Shown one piece after another: positions 1-9,272 of a DNA stretch of 64,000 nt. Each line of letters begins with the position of its first letter. The first letter of the stretch is position 1. The stretch is from an archaeon. Its GTDB lineage: Archaea > Nanobdellota > Nanobdellia > Pacearchaeales > GW2011-AR1. The stretch lies in the NCBI GenBank assembly GCA_043821585.1, contig JBDRCQ010000003.1:9861-73860 (forward strand). Reading direction: 5' to 3'. The notes beneath the pieces were generated by a model that searched no databases, was not told where the DNA came from, and saw only the letters and a list, made by a program, of their open reading frames with translations. The translations under genes were made by a program, and so were the position numbers.

Positions 1-1
1 G

Positions 2-82
2 GGATTCGATATCTTTAACACATGGATAACAAACGCTTCCATAATTAAGTGGTACGCTGAATCTAGGGAGGGGAAATCATGA
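2..82 (+). CDS. 3-prime end of an upstream ORF (partial; possibly SecF)
   Basis: The frame is open from the window edge (GFDIFNTWITNASIIKWYAESREGKS*). Its TGA (80-82) overlaps the secD ATG (79-81) as ATGA. secF-secD adjacency is reported in archaea, but 26 residues are too few to identify the protein. Confidence 0.3.
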   Translation, partial: GFDIFNTWITNASIIKWYAESREGKS

Positions 83-1581
83 AAATCGGGTTTAGGCTAT
101 GGGTTTTGATAATTGTTCTAGCCCTTTCACTCCTGGCAATAAGGCCAAGTTTTGAAGAAGGGGTAATGGTTACTTCCATCGAGAGAAACTCCTCAATCTT
201 TGATGCAGGGCTAAGGCAAGGAGAAATCTTAAAACAAATAAACGGTGAACAAATTCTCACGGTACAAGATTATTCAACAGTTGTAGCAGACTTATTTTCA
301 GATGGGCAGGAAAAAAGAATAGACTTAGCAACAGATACACAAGAAATAACTCTCTTCACTAACGAGTCCTTCAAGATAACACTCGGAGAAATCCCCCGCT
401 CTCAAATACAAACAGGGTTGGACTTAAGAGGTGGGGCGAGGGCACTTGTCAAGCCAGATGTTGAAGTTACCGACGAAGAGTTGCAGGATTTGGTGGCAAT
501 AAGCAGAAACAGGTTTAACGTATATGGCTTATCAGATGTGACAATAAAAGGAGTTAGTGACTTTGCAGGTGACAAATTCATGCTCATAGAGGTAGCAGGT
601 GCAACGCCAAATGATTTAGAACAGCTTGTTGGTCAACAAGGTAAATTTGAAGCGAAGGTTGGTAACACCACTGTTTTTGAGGGAGGCAACAAAGATATTA
701 GCGATGTAGCTAGAAATGACGCAACTAGAGCAGGTATTAGAGAATGTTTCCAAACACAAGGCGGCTATGCATGTAATTTCGCATTCGTCATTTACTTAAA
801 AGAAGCAGCAGCCCAAAAACACGCAGACGTGACGCGCGAACTGAGCCTTGACGAAACGGGCCAGTATTTGAACGAGAGCTTATACCTTTATGTAGATGGT
901 AATGAAGTAGACTCTCTTCTAATCGGCAGTAGCCTTAGGGGGCAGGTAACCACTGAAATCCAAATTCAAGGATCAGGGACCGGCACAACAAGAGAAGACG
1001 CAATTGCAGATGCAAGAGCAAACATGAACCGTCTGCAAACGATTCTTCTAACTGGGAGCCTTCCTTACAAACTTGAAATAGTGAAACTTGATACAATCTC
1101 CCCAACCCTTGGTAATGAGTTTGTGCATTCGATCCTAATTGCCGCAGTCGCCGCAATTCTCGTAGTTTCCATATTGGTTTTCATAAGATACAGAAAAATA
1201 AAAGCATCCATAGCTTTGCTATTCACATCATTCTCTGAACTTTTCATAATTCTTGGAGTCGCCGCATTAATCCGTTGGAATCTAGACCTCCCATCTATAG
1301 CGGGAATTCTAGCAACAGTTGGTACTGGGGTAGACCAGCAAATAATCATACTGGATGAAGCGGGAAGATCTAAACAATTAAGTATCAAGGAGAGACTAAA
1401 GAGAGCTTCCTCGATAATTCTCTCAGCATACCTCACATTAGTCGCCGCAATGCTTCCGCTATGGTGGGCAGGCGCAGGTCTCTTTAAGGGATTTGCAATC
1501 ACAACAATTATCGGAGTCACAGCAGGCGTTTTGATCACAAGACCTGCTTTCGCGGAAATAATAAAAAGGATAGAAGGTTAG
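79..1581 (+). CDS. secD: Protein-export membrane protein SecD
   Basis: 500 aa with an N-terminal TM helix and the LDLRGGARALV SecD signature. The C-terminal multi-TM block carries GTGVDQQIIILDE, typical of SecD/SecF. SD-like GGGAGGGG lies 5 nt upstream of the ATG. Confidence 0.85.
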   Translation: MKIGFRLWVLIIVLALSLLAIRPSFEEGVMVTSIERNSSIFDAGLRQGEILKQINGEQILTVQDYSTVVADLFSDGQEKRIDLATDTQEITLFTNESFKITLGEIPRSQIQTGLDLRGGARALVKPDVEVTDEELQDLVAISRNRFNVYGLSDVTIKGVSDFAGDKFMLIEVAGATPNDLEQLVGQQGKFEAKVGNTTVFEGGNKDISDVARNDATRAGIRECFQTQGGYACNFAFVIYLKEAAAQKHADVTRELSLDETGQYLNESLYLYVDGNEVDSLLIGSSLRGQVTTEIQIQGSGTGTTREDAIADARANMNRLQTILLTGSLPYKLEIVKLDTISPTLGNEFVHSILIAAVAAILVVSILVFIRYRKIKASIALLFTSFSELFIILGVAALIRWNLDLPSIAGILATVGTGVDQQIIILDEAGRSKQLSIKERLKRASSIILSAYLTLVAAMLPLWWAGAGLFKGFAITTIIGVTAGVLITRPAFAEIIKRIEG

Positions 1582-1588
1582 AATCTTC

Positions 1589-2050
1589 ATGCTACCTAGA
1601 TGGCACATATTGATTGGAGCAGCCCTTACAATTTTAATTTGGTTTTTTATACCCAGCATGCCAATAGCATACCTCTCTCTAATCTTCTTCTCATCCTTTC
1701 TGATTGACTTTGATAACTACGCAAACTCGGTGATGAAAAGAAAATCTCTTAGCCTAAAATCTGCTTTCGACTATCATAAGGAAATGCGAGAACAAGAAAA
1801 AATTGACCTTGCTGCAGGTCTTAGGAAAAAAGGAGATTTTCACCTTTTTCACACAATTGAATTTCATGCACTAATCGGATTGCTCGGTTTAATTTGGATA
1901 GGCTTCTTCTACATTTTTGTTGGAATGCTCTTTCACTCGCTCTTGGATGTTTCATCCTTACTATTTACGGGCGTTTTCCACAGAAGAGAATTCTTTTTCT
2001 TCAACTGGTTAAAGAAGAAATCAAGCAAAACTGACCACGCCCTTAGCTAA
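1589..2050 (+). CDS. Integral membrane protein, possibly DUF457/YdjM-like metal-dependent hydrolase
   Basis: 153 aa with about 4 hydrophobic helices. His-containing patches (HLFHTIEFH, FHSLLD) are only weakly family-like. Confidence 0.4.
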   Translation: MLPRWHILIGAALTILIWFFIPSMPIAYLSLIFFSSFLIDFDNYANSVMKRKSLSLKSAFDYHKEMREQEKIDLAAGLRKKGDFHLFHTIEFHALIGLLGLIWIGFFYIFVGMLFHSLLDVSSLLFTGVFHRREFFFFNWLKKKSSKTDHALS

Positions 2051-2311
2051 AAGAAAGAACGCTGGAATCCACAATAAGACAGAAGGCAATGTAAACGGTA
2101 TCGACAAAAACAACAACAACGCTGCAATAAGGTCAATAGCACTAAGGATATCCCCCATCAAAATAAACATTCCTTTCACAAGAAGCAATCCTGCACAAAA
2201 AACCAAATACTGATGAAAAATGTTCATCCCAAATATTAACATCAAGAATGCCAAAGCTGCAGCGAGATCAATTCCTCCAAGGATTTTTACAAGCACCATT
2301 CGGAAACTCAA
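2021..2311 (-). CDS. Small integral membrane protein (unknown function)
   Basis: 96 aa with three hydrophobic helices and no recognisable motif. It converges on and overlaps the previous ORF by 30 nt. Confidence 0.4.
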   Translation of the reverse strand: MSFRMVLVKILGGIDLAAALAFLMLIFGMNIFHQYLVFCAGLLLVKGMFILMGDILSAIDLIAALLLFLSIPFTLPSVLLWIPAFFLLAKGVVSFA

Positions 2312-2430
2312 TAGGCAGGGTTAATAAAATTTTGTTTTCTAAGTGACCCACAGATTAATTATTAAGATTACCTGAGAAAATCCCCCCAAAAAACTTAGAA
2401 GATGATTTGAAGGATGAATATAAGGTAAAT

Positions 2431-2439
2431 TTTATAAAG
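2431..2439 (+). promoter_or_regulatory. Candidate archaeal TATA box for the ferredoxin gene
   Basis: TTTATAAAG is centred about 28 nt upstream of the ATG at 2463. This spacing fits a leaderless or short-leader transcript. Confidence 0.3.
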
Positions 2440-2462
2440 AAACGCGTCCAAGGCAAAACACA

Positions 2463-2648
2463 ATGCATGAAATAAAAATAGACAAAAATAAATGTGTGGG
2501 GTGTGAACTTTGCGCAACCTTATGCGGAGAGCTGTTTGAAATGAATGGGGATAAAGCAATAGTAAAAAACCTTAAGTCAAGCAGCCCTTGTGCAAAAGAA
2601 GCAGCAGAAAACTGCCCGGAACAGGCAATTAGTATAACCGAGGGATAA
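2463..2648 (+). CDS. Small single-cluster [4Fe-4S] ferredoxin
   Basis: 61 aa with CVGCELC (C-x2-C-x2-C) and a distal C-P (ENCPEQ), plus two extra Cys, as in Pyrococcus-type ferredoxins. Confidence 0.75.
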   Translation: MHEIKIDKNKCVGCELCATLCGELFEMNGDKAIVKNLKSSSPCAKEAAENCPEQAISITEG

Positions 2649-2995
2649 TCTATGACAATCGACAAGGAAGGTAATATTTCAATTCTCTCAAAAAATCTCT
2701 TCGTTAAAATGATGCTCTTCAAGCATGGGCCAGACTATTGTGGTTGCTTTATCGTAATGAATTAACCTGCTGAGGCACTTGCCTAAACACTGAGAAAGCC
2801 TGCCTTGAATTAAATAGGCTGGCAAAAATCCTGGCAAAAATATAACTTCTTCTTCAGGTCAGATTTAAAAAACGATCACAAAAAGTTAAAGCATTTCAAG
2901 AACCAATGACTTCGATTGCCATAAACAACCTCAGAGGGCTCATTTAGTGAGCTTCGGCGTATAAAAGCAACAAATAAAAAGAGTGGCCCTCTAAA

Positions 2996-4576
2996 ATGGC
3001 CATGGGAAAAGAAACGGACACTCCTAAGACCTCGTTGGACAGATCTCTAAAGTTACTTGTAAAAACTTCCTTTGTAGTTTTTATAGGCGTTGTGCTTTCA
3101 AAGGTACTAGGGTATCTCTACAGAGTTATAATCGCAAGGTATTACGGCCCAGAGGTGTACGGGTTGTTTACTCTAGCTACGGTGATTGTTAGTTTTTTTG
3201 TAACAATCGCAGGTTTGGGCTTGTCTGAGGGGTTTTTAAGATACGTTCCGATTTATCGGTCAAAAAGAAGATTTGCCGAAATAAAAACACTTATAACCAA
3301 GGTACTAAAAATTTATATTCTTACAGGCATTTTATGTTCCATTCTTTTGTGGGCCTTTTCTGAAAGTATATCCCTAAATATTTTTCATGATTCTGGCCTG
3401 ATATGGCCTCTGAAAATATTCTCCTCAATGATCTTAATAGCATTGGTTAACAATGTTTTTCTGACTAATTTAAAGGCATTTGAAGAGATCTCAGCATACT
3501 CATTCATATTTAATATACTCCAGAATGTAACCCGTCTCCTAGCCATCGTTCTACTGATATTCATGGGATTCAGATCCGGACCCAATCCTGCTGTTTGGTC
3601 ATTCGTAATCTCCATGGTGGCCATGCTGATTGCCTCATATTGGTTTTTCAGGATAAAAGTTCGCCCACTCCTTTCAGACAATCACAAAAAATTAAAATCT
3701 AAGGAATTTTTTGAGTTCTTTTCTTATTCATGGCCAATTGTGTTTTATTCTTTGATATTCATAATATTTTATTGGATAGATACATTCTCACTAGGATATC
3801 ACAAATCATCGATGGAAGTTGGCCTGTATAATGCAGCAGTTCCGATAGCAATGCTTTTAGGCATGGTCCCTGAAATGATCATGCAGTTATTTTTCCCGAT
3901 GATTAGCAGGTACTACGGGCAAAACAATCCTGAACTCATAGAACAGCTCAGCAAACAGGTTGTAAAATGGGTTTTTGTAGTTCTTCTTCCGATATTTATT
4001 CTAATCTTCTGTTTTCCCGGGGCTGCATTAAATCTCTTGTTCGGGAGTCAATACCTCGTTGCCGAAAATGCACTGAAAATCCTCTTAATCGGTTCGTTCA
4101 TCTCCTCATTATTTATAGTGTCCAATAGCCTAATCTCTATGATTGGCAAGTCAAAGATAATCCTCTATAACATTTTAGGAGCATCAATTTGCAATTTTGT
4201 TCTGAACTTCATCCTAGTTCCCAGGGAGAATATTCTAGGATTAAACAATTCAAACGGAATGGTTGGAGCGGCCCTGGCAACTTTAGTTTCAATAATACTC
4301 CTGAATACTCTATTTCTGATACAAACAAGAAAATATCTCAAATTTATTCCCGCAAGGAGAAACATGGCATTTATAGGCATTTTATCGATCATTCCGACCC
4401 TCTTACTGTTCTACGTAAAATCTATCGTTCCAATAAATATCATTTCTATAACAATCTTAGTGGGGCTCTTTCTTTTGTTTTATTTAGGCCTAATCCTGAT
4501 TTTTAGACTTTTTGACGAAAATGACTGGATGATAATTAAGGCAATTCTGAGAAAGATTTTTAGTAACCTAAAATAA
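2996..4576 (+). CDS. Wzx-like oligosaccharide/polysaccharide flippase (MOP superfamily)
   Basis: 526 aa and about 14 TM helices throughout. The length and topology fit polysaccharide biosynthesis (Polysacc_synt) proteins. Confidence 0.75.
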   Translation: MAMGKETDTPKTSLDRSLKLLVKTSFVVFIGVVLSKVLGYLYRVIIARYYGPEVYGLFTLATVIVSFFVTIAGLGLSEGFLRYVPIYRSKRRFAEIKTLITKVLKIYILTGILCSILLWAFSESISLNIFHDSGLIWPLKIFSSMILIALVNNVFLTNLKAFEEISAYSFIFNILQNVTRLLAIVLLIFMGFRSGPNPAVWSFVISMVAMLIASYWFFRIKVRPLLSDNHKKLKSKEFFEFFSYSWPIVFYSLIFIIFYWIDTFSLGYHKSSMEVGLYNAAVPIAMLLGMVPEMIMQLFFPMISRYYGQNNPELIEQLSKQVVKWVFVVLLPIFILIFCFPGAALNLLFGSQYLVAENALKILLIGSFISSLFIVSNSLISMIGKSKIILYNILGASICNFVLNFILVPRENILGLNNSNGMVGAALATLVSIILLNTLFLIQTRKYLKFIPARRNMAFIGILSIIPTLLLFYVKSIVPINIISITILVGLFLLFYLGLILIFRLFDENDWMIIKAILRKIFSNLK

Positions 4577-4934
4577 GGCAACAGTCATCTGAAACTCAGT
4601 ACAACAAGCAGCCATATACTTTCTTCTCTTGGCTTGCTTGAGGGCAGCACTCAAGGGAGGCTAAAACGTCCTATCAGAATCATCTAACTATCTTCCCGAT
4701 GGATAAGCATAGAAGAAAAAGTTAAAAACAGAATAATTCCCAATGGACCAGAAATAATCTGCGCAAGATTCATAACACTAAACTGACTACAATCTTTCAA
4801 GCTTTTCAAATCAGTCAGGTCCAAAATAAACGTTATTCCTTAACTGAGTTCACCCAACCATTATATGCGGATAAGTACTTAAAATTTTTTTCTTAAAAGG
4901 ATATTTATTTAAACCAGAAGACAAAAGGAATGAT

Positions 4935-5441
4935 ATGGTCAAGGCAACCAAAGGCATAAAAAAACTAAACCTCGGATGTGGAATAGATATCCGAAAGGGA
5001 TTCATAAACATTGATTTTGAAGACATAAAAGGTGTAGACATTGTCTTTGATCTAAACAATGTGCCCTATCCGTTTAAGGACAATCAATTCGAACACATAA
5101 TAATGAAGAACATTTTAGAGCATCTAAATGATCCATATAAGACAATGCAGGAAATACACCGCATATCATGTAAAGGGGCAATTGTAGAGATACAAACCCC
5201 TCATTTCTCCAGCGATAATGCTTGGGGAGACCTACAGCACAAAAGAGGATTCAACTCAGCCACATTTAAGAATCCGAATATTTCAGGAAGGTTTGGCATA
5301 ATGGAACAGAAAATCACCTTTCCGAACCACCGCTTCTTTATGAGGTCAATTGCCAACCTAAACACCTCCTTTTATGAAAGGCACTTGGCATATATCCTCC
5401 CAGCAATTGATTTGGTAGTAAAGTTAGTCGCCAAAAAATAG
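4935..5441 (+). CDS. Class I SAM-dependent methyltransferase (Methyltransf_11-like)
   Basis: 168 aa with motif I LNLGCG and downstream NILEHLNDP. It is a paralog of the ORF at 7722-8270. Confidence 0.75.
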   Translation: MVKATKGIKKLNLGCGIDIRKGFINIDFEDIKGVDIVFDLNNVPYPFKDNQFEHIIMKNILEHLNDPYKTMQEIHRISCKGAIVEIQTPHFSSDNAWGDLQHKRGFNSATFKNPNISGRFGIMEQKITFPNHRFFMRSIANLNTSFYERHLAYILPAIDLVVKLVAKK

Positions 5442-5445
5442 GAGA

Positions 5446-6237
5446 TCACACAGCCCTATAATACCAGTCTTCCCCCTCAACTGAAGAAACGCGATAGCCG
5501 TATCTTGACAAAAAGTCCTTGATCTTCTTCAATTTCTCCAGCTCAGTTGTTTCAAAGATAATCAAAGGATGGTCTTTCCTCAAGGTTTTATTAGCACCTC
5601 TTAACACTTCAAGCTCAGCCCCCTCAACGTCAATCTTTATGACTTTTACTTTCCCAGAGTTGTGTTTACTAAGGATCTCATCCAGCCTTTCTCCGCGGAC
5701 TTTTATTTTATTCTTATGGTGCTTCTGTCTGTAAACTGAATGTAACCCTCCCCCCTCTTTCTCCACATAAAAATCAATCTCCTTGCTCTCGGAGAAACAA
5801 GCCGCATTAACAGGGAATACATTTTTGAGATTATTCAATTGAACATTTTTTTCTAATATCTCAAAATTAAATGGCTCAGGCTCAATTGCAAAAACGATAG
5901 ATTCCCGTCCCAACTTACGGCCCATGTAAACAGAATACTTGCCGATGTTTGCACCAACATCAACAAAAACTCCTTCTTCCATCGTCAAATTCTTTTTTAC
6001 ATAAGGTTCGTGCAACGAAGAAGCAGTCAGGATAGATATAAAATTCTTCCCAGCAAAGAGCAAACCGTTCTCATTCTTCAAGTAGACATTAAAAGGCAAC
6101 ATTATGTCACGGCTTTTATGGGGATACCTAAAAAGTGCTCGGGGCACTAAAAAAAGCAAGGAAATCTTGCTCTTGATCCCCCGGGCCTCAAAAAAGATCT
6201 TCATAAACTTCTGAACCGCTTGAAATGGTCTGCTCAT
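5446..6237 (-). CDS. FkbM-family methyltransferase
   Basis: 263 aa with VDVGANIGKYS, IEPEPFNFEIL and KIDVEGAELEVLRGA, all typical FkbM-family motifs. Confidence 0.75.
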   Translation of the reverse strand: MSRPFQAVQKFMKIFFEARGIKSKISLLFLVPRALFRYPHKSRDIMLPFNVYLKNENGLLFAGKNFISILTASSLHEPYVKKNLTMEEGVFVDVGANIGKYSVYMGRKLGRESIVFAIEPEPFNFEILEKNVQLNNLKNVFPVNAACFSESKEIDFYVEKEGGGLHSVYRQKHHKNKIKVRGERLDEILSKHNSGKVKVIKIDVEGAELEVLRGANKTLRKDHPLIIFETTELEKLKKIKDFLSRYGYRVSSVEGEDWYYRAV

Positions 6238-6567
6238 GTACCCTCCCTAGTCATAAACCTTTTTAAAATTTTATATCCTATCGGGGCTCAGTGATTAGAG
6301 ACATACCCCTATCAACAAGAAAAAAAGACCGATCGTGGACTAAACAGGCCTAAATGAAAATTGTTAAAAACCTCTTTAATAAGTATTATGGGTATCCTGC
6401 TTTCAAGGGTCCGGTGTACCTTTCAGAGGCGCAACTGTGCATGCAGAAATAGGGGTTATTTTTGTCAAGTTTAGTTTGGAGTGACGCTCCCTGGCATACT
6501 GACCATTAGTGCAATTATCCAAAGAATAAGCTTAAAAAATAAAAAGTCTCTAGTCTAATCTCCTGGA

Positions 6568-7725
6568 ATGTTAAAAACAATGAACAGAACGTACTATGAA
6601 CTCCTGAGGTTTTACGCAAATTTAAAAGTTATAGTTCGGCTTATTTTTTATTTTCTAGAGTATCTCTCATGGGCAATTTTCAACATCCCCAAAACAAGAA
6701 AATATCCAAAAAAAATTAAAAAGGTTCTGGTTTACAACCAAGGACCTTTAGGAGATTTTTTTAGTTCATTGAAGGTGCTATTGACTGTTATCAAACAAAA
6801 CCCTAATATAGAATTTCATTTTTGCATCGTAGACGAGGTAAAAAAAAGTGTAAAAAGCCTTTTTAAAAAAAGAAATTTACAGCTCGTTAGCCAAAGCCAA
6901 ATAAAGAATAAATTTTATGACTTGGGTATTATTCTAACGCCAGACCAATTCACACGAAAGTTAAAAAATTTAGGTTTTACCTTGGGCAATGAGTACCACA
7001 GTATTCAGGGTTCATTGCAACAAATTTTCAAGACTCAACCCCTGAGTACAAAGATACCCCCCTGGTGGAGACATAAAATTAAGCAAGAAATTGAGATCTA
7101 CAAACAGGCAAAACTATTATCAAATGAAAATCTCACCTCCTTTAAGCCATTAAGGAACAAAAAAGTTCTTAGGTTCCTAAAATCAAAAAAGATTAAGGGG
7201 TTCATGATATTCCATCCCACGGGGAGAAACTTTTCCGAGATAATTAAATCTGGAAAAATTCCTGCCCTGTCCTGGTCGTTAGAAAGATTTGCAGAAATTG
7301 CCGATTACGTCTCAACAAAATACGATGTTGATGTAATTCTTACTGGAAGCAAGGACGAAAAATTCATAGGTCAAAAAATAATTTCCCTCACAAAAAATAA
7401 AAGAAATATCTTCAACTTAGCAGGTTTCTTTACCATAGGGGAATTAGCTTATCTAGCTAGTAGATCTGATTTAATATTATCAATAGACACGAGCATGGTC
7501 CATCTGGGAGAATTAGTCGACTCCAAGATAATCGCTCTATTCGGCCCAACTTTCGTTGAAGAGATAGGCGCCTATGGGGATACAGAAAAACAGATAAACC
7601 TGGGACATCCAGAAAAATGCATACGTGATAGAAGAAAGGGCCCGTCTCATGACAAGGAAAACAAGGGCATGAATTCAATCACAACAGAAGAAGTTAAAAA
7701 AGCAATAGACCAATTATTAAGATGA
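6568..7725 (+). CDS. Glycosyltransferase family 9 (heptosyltransferase-like)
   Basis: 385 aa. The C-terminal half carries DTSMVHLGELVDSKIIALFGPT, which matches the D-[ST]-G-x-x-H-[LI]-A ... LFGPT pattern of GT9 enzymes. The N-terminal half is divergent. Confidence 0.6.
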   Translation: MLKTMNRTYYELLRFYANLKVIVRLIFYFLEYLSWAIFNIPKTRKYPKKIKKVLVYNQGPLGDFFSSLKVLLTVIKQNPNIEFHFCIVDEVKKSVKSLFKKRNLQLVSQSQIKNKFYDLGIILTPDQFTRKLKNLGFTLGNEYHSIQGSLQQIFKTQPLSTKIPPWWRHKIKQEIEIYKQAKLLSNENLTSFKPLRNKKVLRFLKSKKIKGFMIFHPTGRNFSEIIKSGKIPALSWSLERFAEIADYVSTKYDVDVILTGSKDEKFIGQKIISLTKNKRNIFNLAGFFTIGELAYLASRSDLILSIDTSMVHLGELVDSKIIALFGPTFVEEIGAYGDTEKQINLGHPEKCIRDRRKGPSHDKENKGMNSITTEEVKKAIDQLLR

Positions 7726-8270
7726 GGTACAAGAAGTTTAATAGTAAAAAATTAAATCTTGGGAGCGGTAACGAATACAGGGTAGGATGGGTTAATATTG
7801 ATGTTGACCCCAGGTGGAAGGTTGATATTTTAGCAGATATTGAGAAAGGGATCCCCCTAAAAGACAACTCAATAGAAGAAGTTTTTGTGAAGCACGTCAT
7901 GGAGCACATTGATCCAAGAAAGTTTGAATTTGTCATGTCTGAAATCTGGAGGGTCTGTAAAAAAGGTGCTCGGATTACAATTTACTGCCCCTATTTCAGT
8001 TGCAGCATCACTTACAAAACTGCGGACCATATAACCTCAATTACCTATTTCACCTTTAGCGATAACGAAAAATTTAACCCTCTAGAGAAAAAACTATTTT
8101 ATTTTAGAGAAAGTTTTGGCTATGAAAGCAGAGTTTTTTCCAGGCTTAGAAAAATATTAAACCCTCTTCTTTCTTTTCTCCCAAATAGTTTTCCTTTGAT
8201 TTATGAAAGGGCATTCTGCTGGATATTTCCCATGGAAGAAATAAAAGTGATATTGGAAGTAAAAAAATAA
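7722..8270 (+). CDS. Class I SAM-dependent methyltransferase (Methyltransf_11-like)
   Basis: 182 aa with LNLGSG motif I and VMEHIDP. It has the same architecture as 4935-5441. Its start overlaps the GT9 stop by 4 nt. Confidence 0.65.
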   Translation: MRYKKFNSKKLNLGSGNEYRVGWVNIDVDPRWKVDILADIEKGIPLKDNSIEEVFVKHVMEHIDPRKFEFVMSEIWRVCKKGARITIYCPYFSCSITYKTADHITSITYFTFSDNEKFNPLEKKLFYFRESFGYESRVFSRLRKILNPLLSFLPNSFPLIYERAFCWIFPMEEIKVILEVKK

Positions 8271-9128
8271 TTATCTATAATTTTTTTTCAAATAGACTTT
8301 TCTGATTACGCCTGCGATAGTGCCAAAATACCTAGCGGCCATAAACAGAACCATCCAAGGAAGGAAGATACCGAAGTCTTTTAATGAAAAACTCTTTTTA
8401 ACCGCCAAAATCGGAACAACTATCGGAGAAACAATTACAAGAAGTAGCAACGCCAAATATCTCCAAAAAGGCATTCTAAAGATTTTATAATTTAGAGAGG
8501 CACCAATCCACCTGCTCTGCTTGTAAACATCTTTTAGCCTTTCTGGATTTTTATGGTAACAAGTAGTATTCTCCGCAAAAACAGGTTTTAACCCATGGTC
8601 CATCCAAAATGTTTGGTCATCCGCATAACCGTATTTTGGATTAAATCCTCCCAGTTCAATAAATCTTTTTTTAGTTATTGCACGAAATATTCTAGCGTCT
8701 TGACTCTTTTTGCCATCAACTCTTATTCTCCCCCAACATCTGCTCCAAACATTTTTGGTATTATCAGCTACTTCTAAATCATGGGTAGTGCCAAAGAGAC
8801 GTTTATTTTTTTTCCACGGAAAAACAAGATTTTTCAGGTAATCCTTATCAAAAGTCATGTCTGCATCAACAAAAATTAAAAGATCTCCTTTTGCCTCTTT
8901 CGCCCCCTTATTCCTAGAAAAACCCGGGCCCTTATGCTCCCCTTTAATCAGCTTAACACCTCGGTGCATTTTCACAATTTTTCTAGTGGCATCGGTAGAA
9001 CCATCATCAACAACCAACACTTCAAAATTCTTATAACTCTGTTTATTCAAGCTATTCAAACAGAGTCCTATTTCCCTCTCTTCATTATAAGTCGGAATAA
9101 CCACGCTCAGTTTTGGATTTTCTTTCAT
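8271..9128 (-). CDS. Glycosyltransferase family 2
   Basis: 285 aa with LSVVIPTYNEE, VLVVDDGSTDAT and FVDADM (DxD), plus C-terminal TM helices. Confidence 0.8.
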   Translation of the reverse strand: MKENPKLSVVIPTYNEEREIGLCLNSLNKQSYKNFEVLVVDDGSTDATRKIVKMHRGVKLIKGEHKGPGFSRNKGAKEAKGDLLIFVDADMTFDKDYLKNLVFPWKKNKRLFGTTHDLEVADNTKNVWSRCWGRIRVDGKKSQDARIFRAITKKRFIELGGFNPKYGYADDQTFWMDHGLKPVFAENTTCYHKNPERLKDVYKQSRWIGASLNYKIFRMPFWRYLALLLLVIVSPIVVPILAVKKSFSLKDFGIFLPWMVLFMAARYFGTIAGVIRKVYLKKNYR

Positions 9129-9272
9129 ACAAGGAATATTGACTGGCCATTTAATAATCTTTTGAACGATAAGATATGAATTTCAAGTTTTGTCGAACTC
9201 GGAATATCCCGCCGCCGAGTATAATCGACGACCAGACGTTTGTAAACTGGCCTTCCTCAAGGACAACTATCT

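Noticed and set aside
1065-1538. Long antisense ORFs inside well-supported genes: 1065-1538 in secD, 13332-13697 in the HddC-CBS-HddA gene, 25356-25733 in gmd, 26416-26778 in per, 33189-33626 in the Dol-P-hexose synthase gene, 48612-49145 and 48958-49335 in tkt, 53042-53482 in pfdA, and 58988-59368 in rnj.
   Set aside because: All are shadow frames of genes with clear family motifs on the other strand. Their translations are low-complexity or S/L/R/F-rich with no recognisable motifs and no start context.
2652-2765. A 37-codon ORF (MTIDKEGNISILSKNLFVKMMLFKHGPDYCGCFIVMN) starting 3 nt after the ferredoxin stop.
   Set aside because: It is too short and featureless to support. There is no SD or conservation evidence available. 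It could be real, but I cannot substantiate it.
6354-6452. A 32-codon ORF (MKIVKNLFNKYYGYPAFKGPVYLSEAQLCMQK) in the 330-nt gap between the FkbM and GT9 genes. The 358-nt gap at 4577-4934 similarly has no ORF.
   Set aside because: No motif or start signal is visible. These long spacers more likely hold divergent promoters or decayed gene remnants. I could not recognise either a remnant or a structured RNA.
9200-9225. A 6-bp stem (ACTCGG ... CCGAGT) with a 12-nt loop in the GT2/GT25-like spacer, considered as a terminator or riboregulator.
   Set aside because: The stem is short, the loop is large, there is no flanking T-run, and there is no second occurrence. It is compatible with chance.
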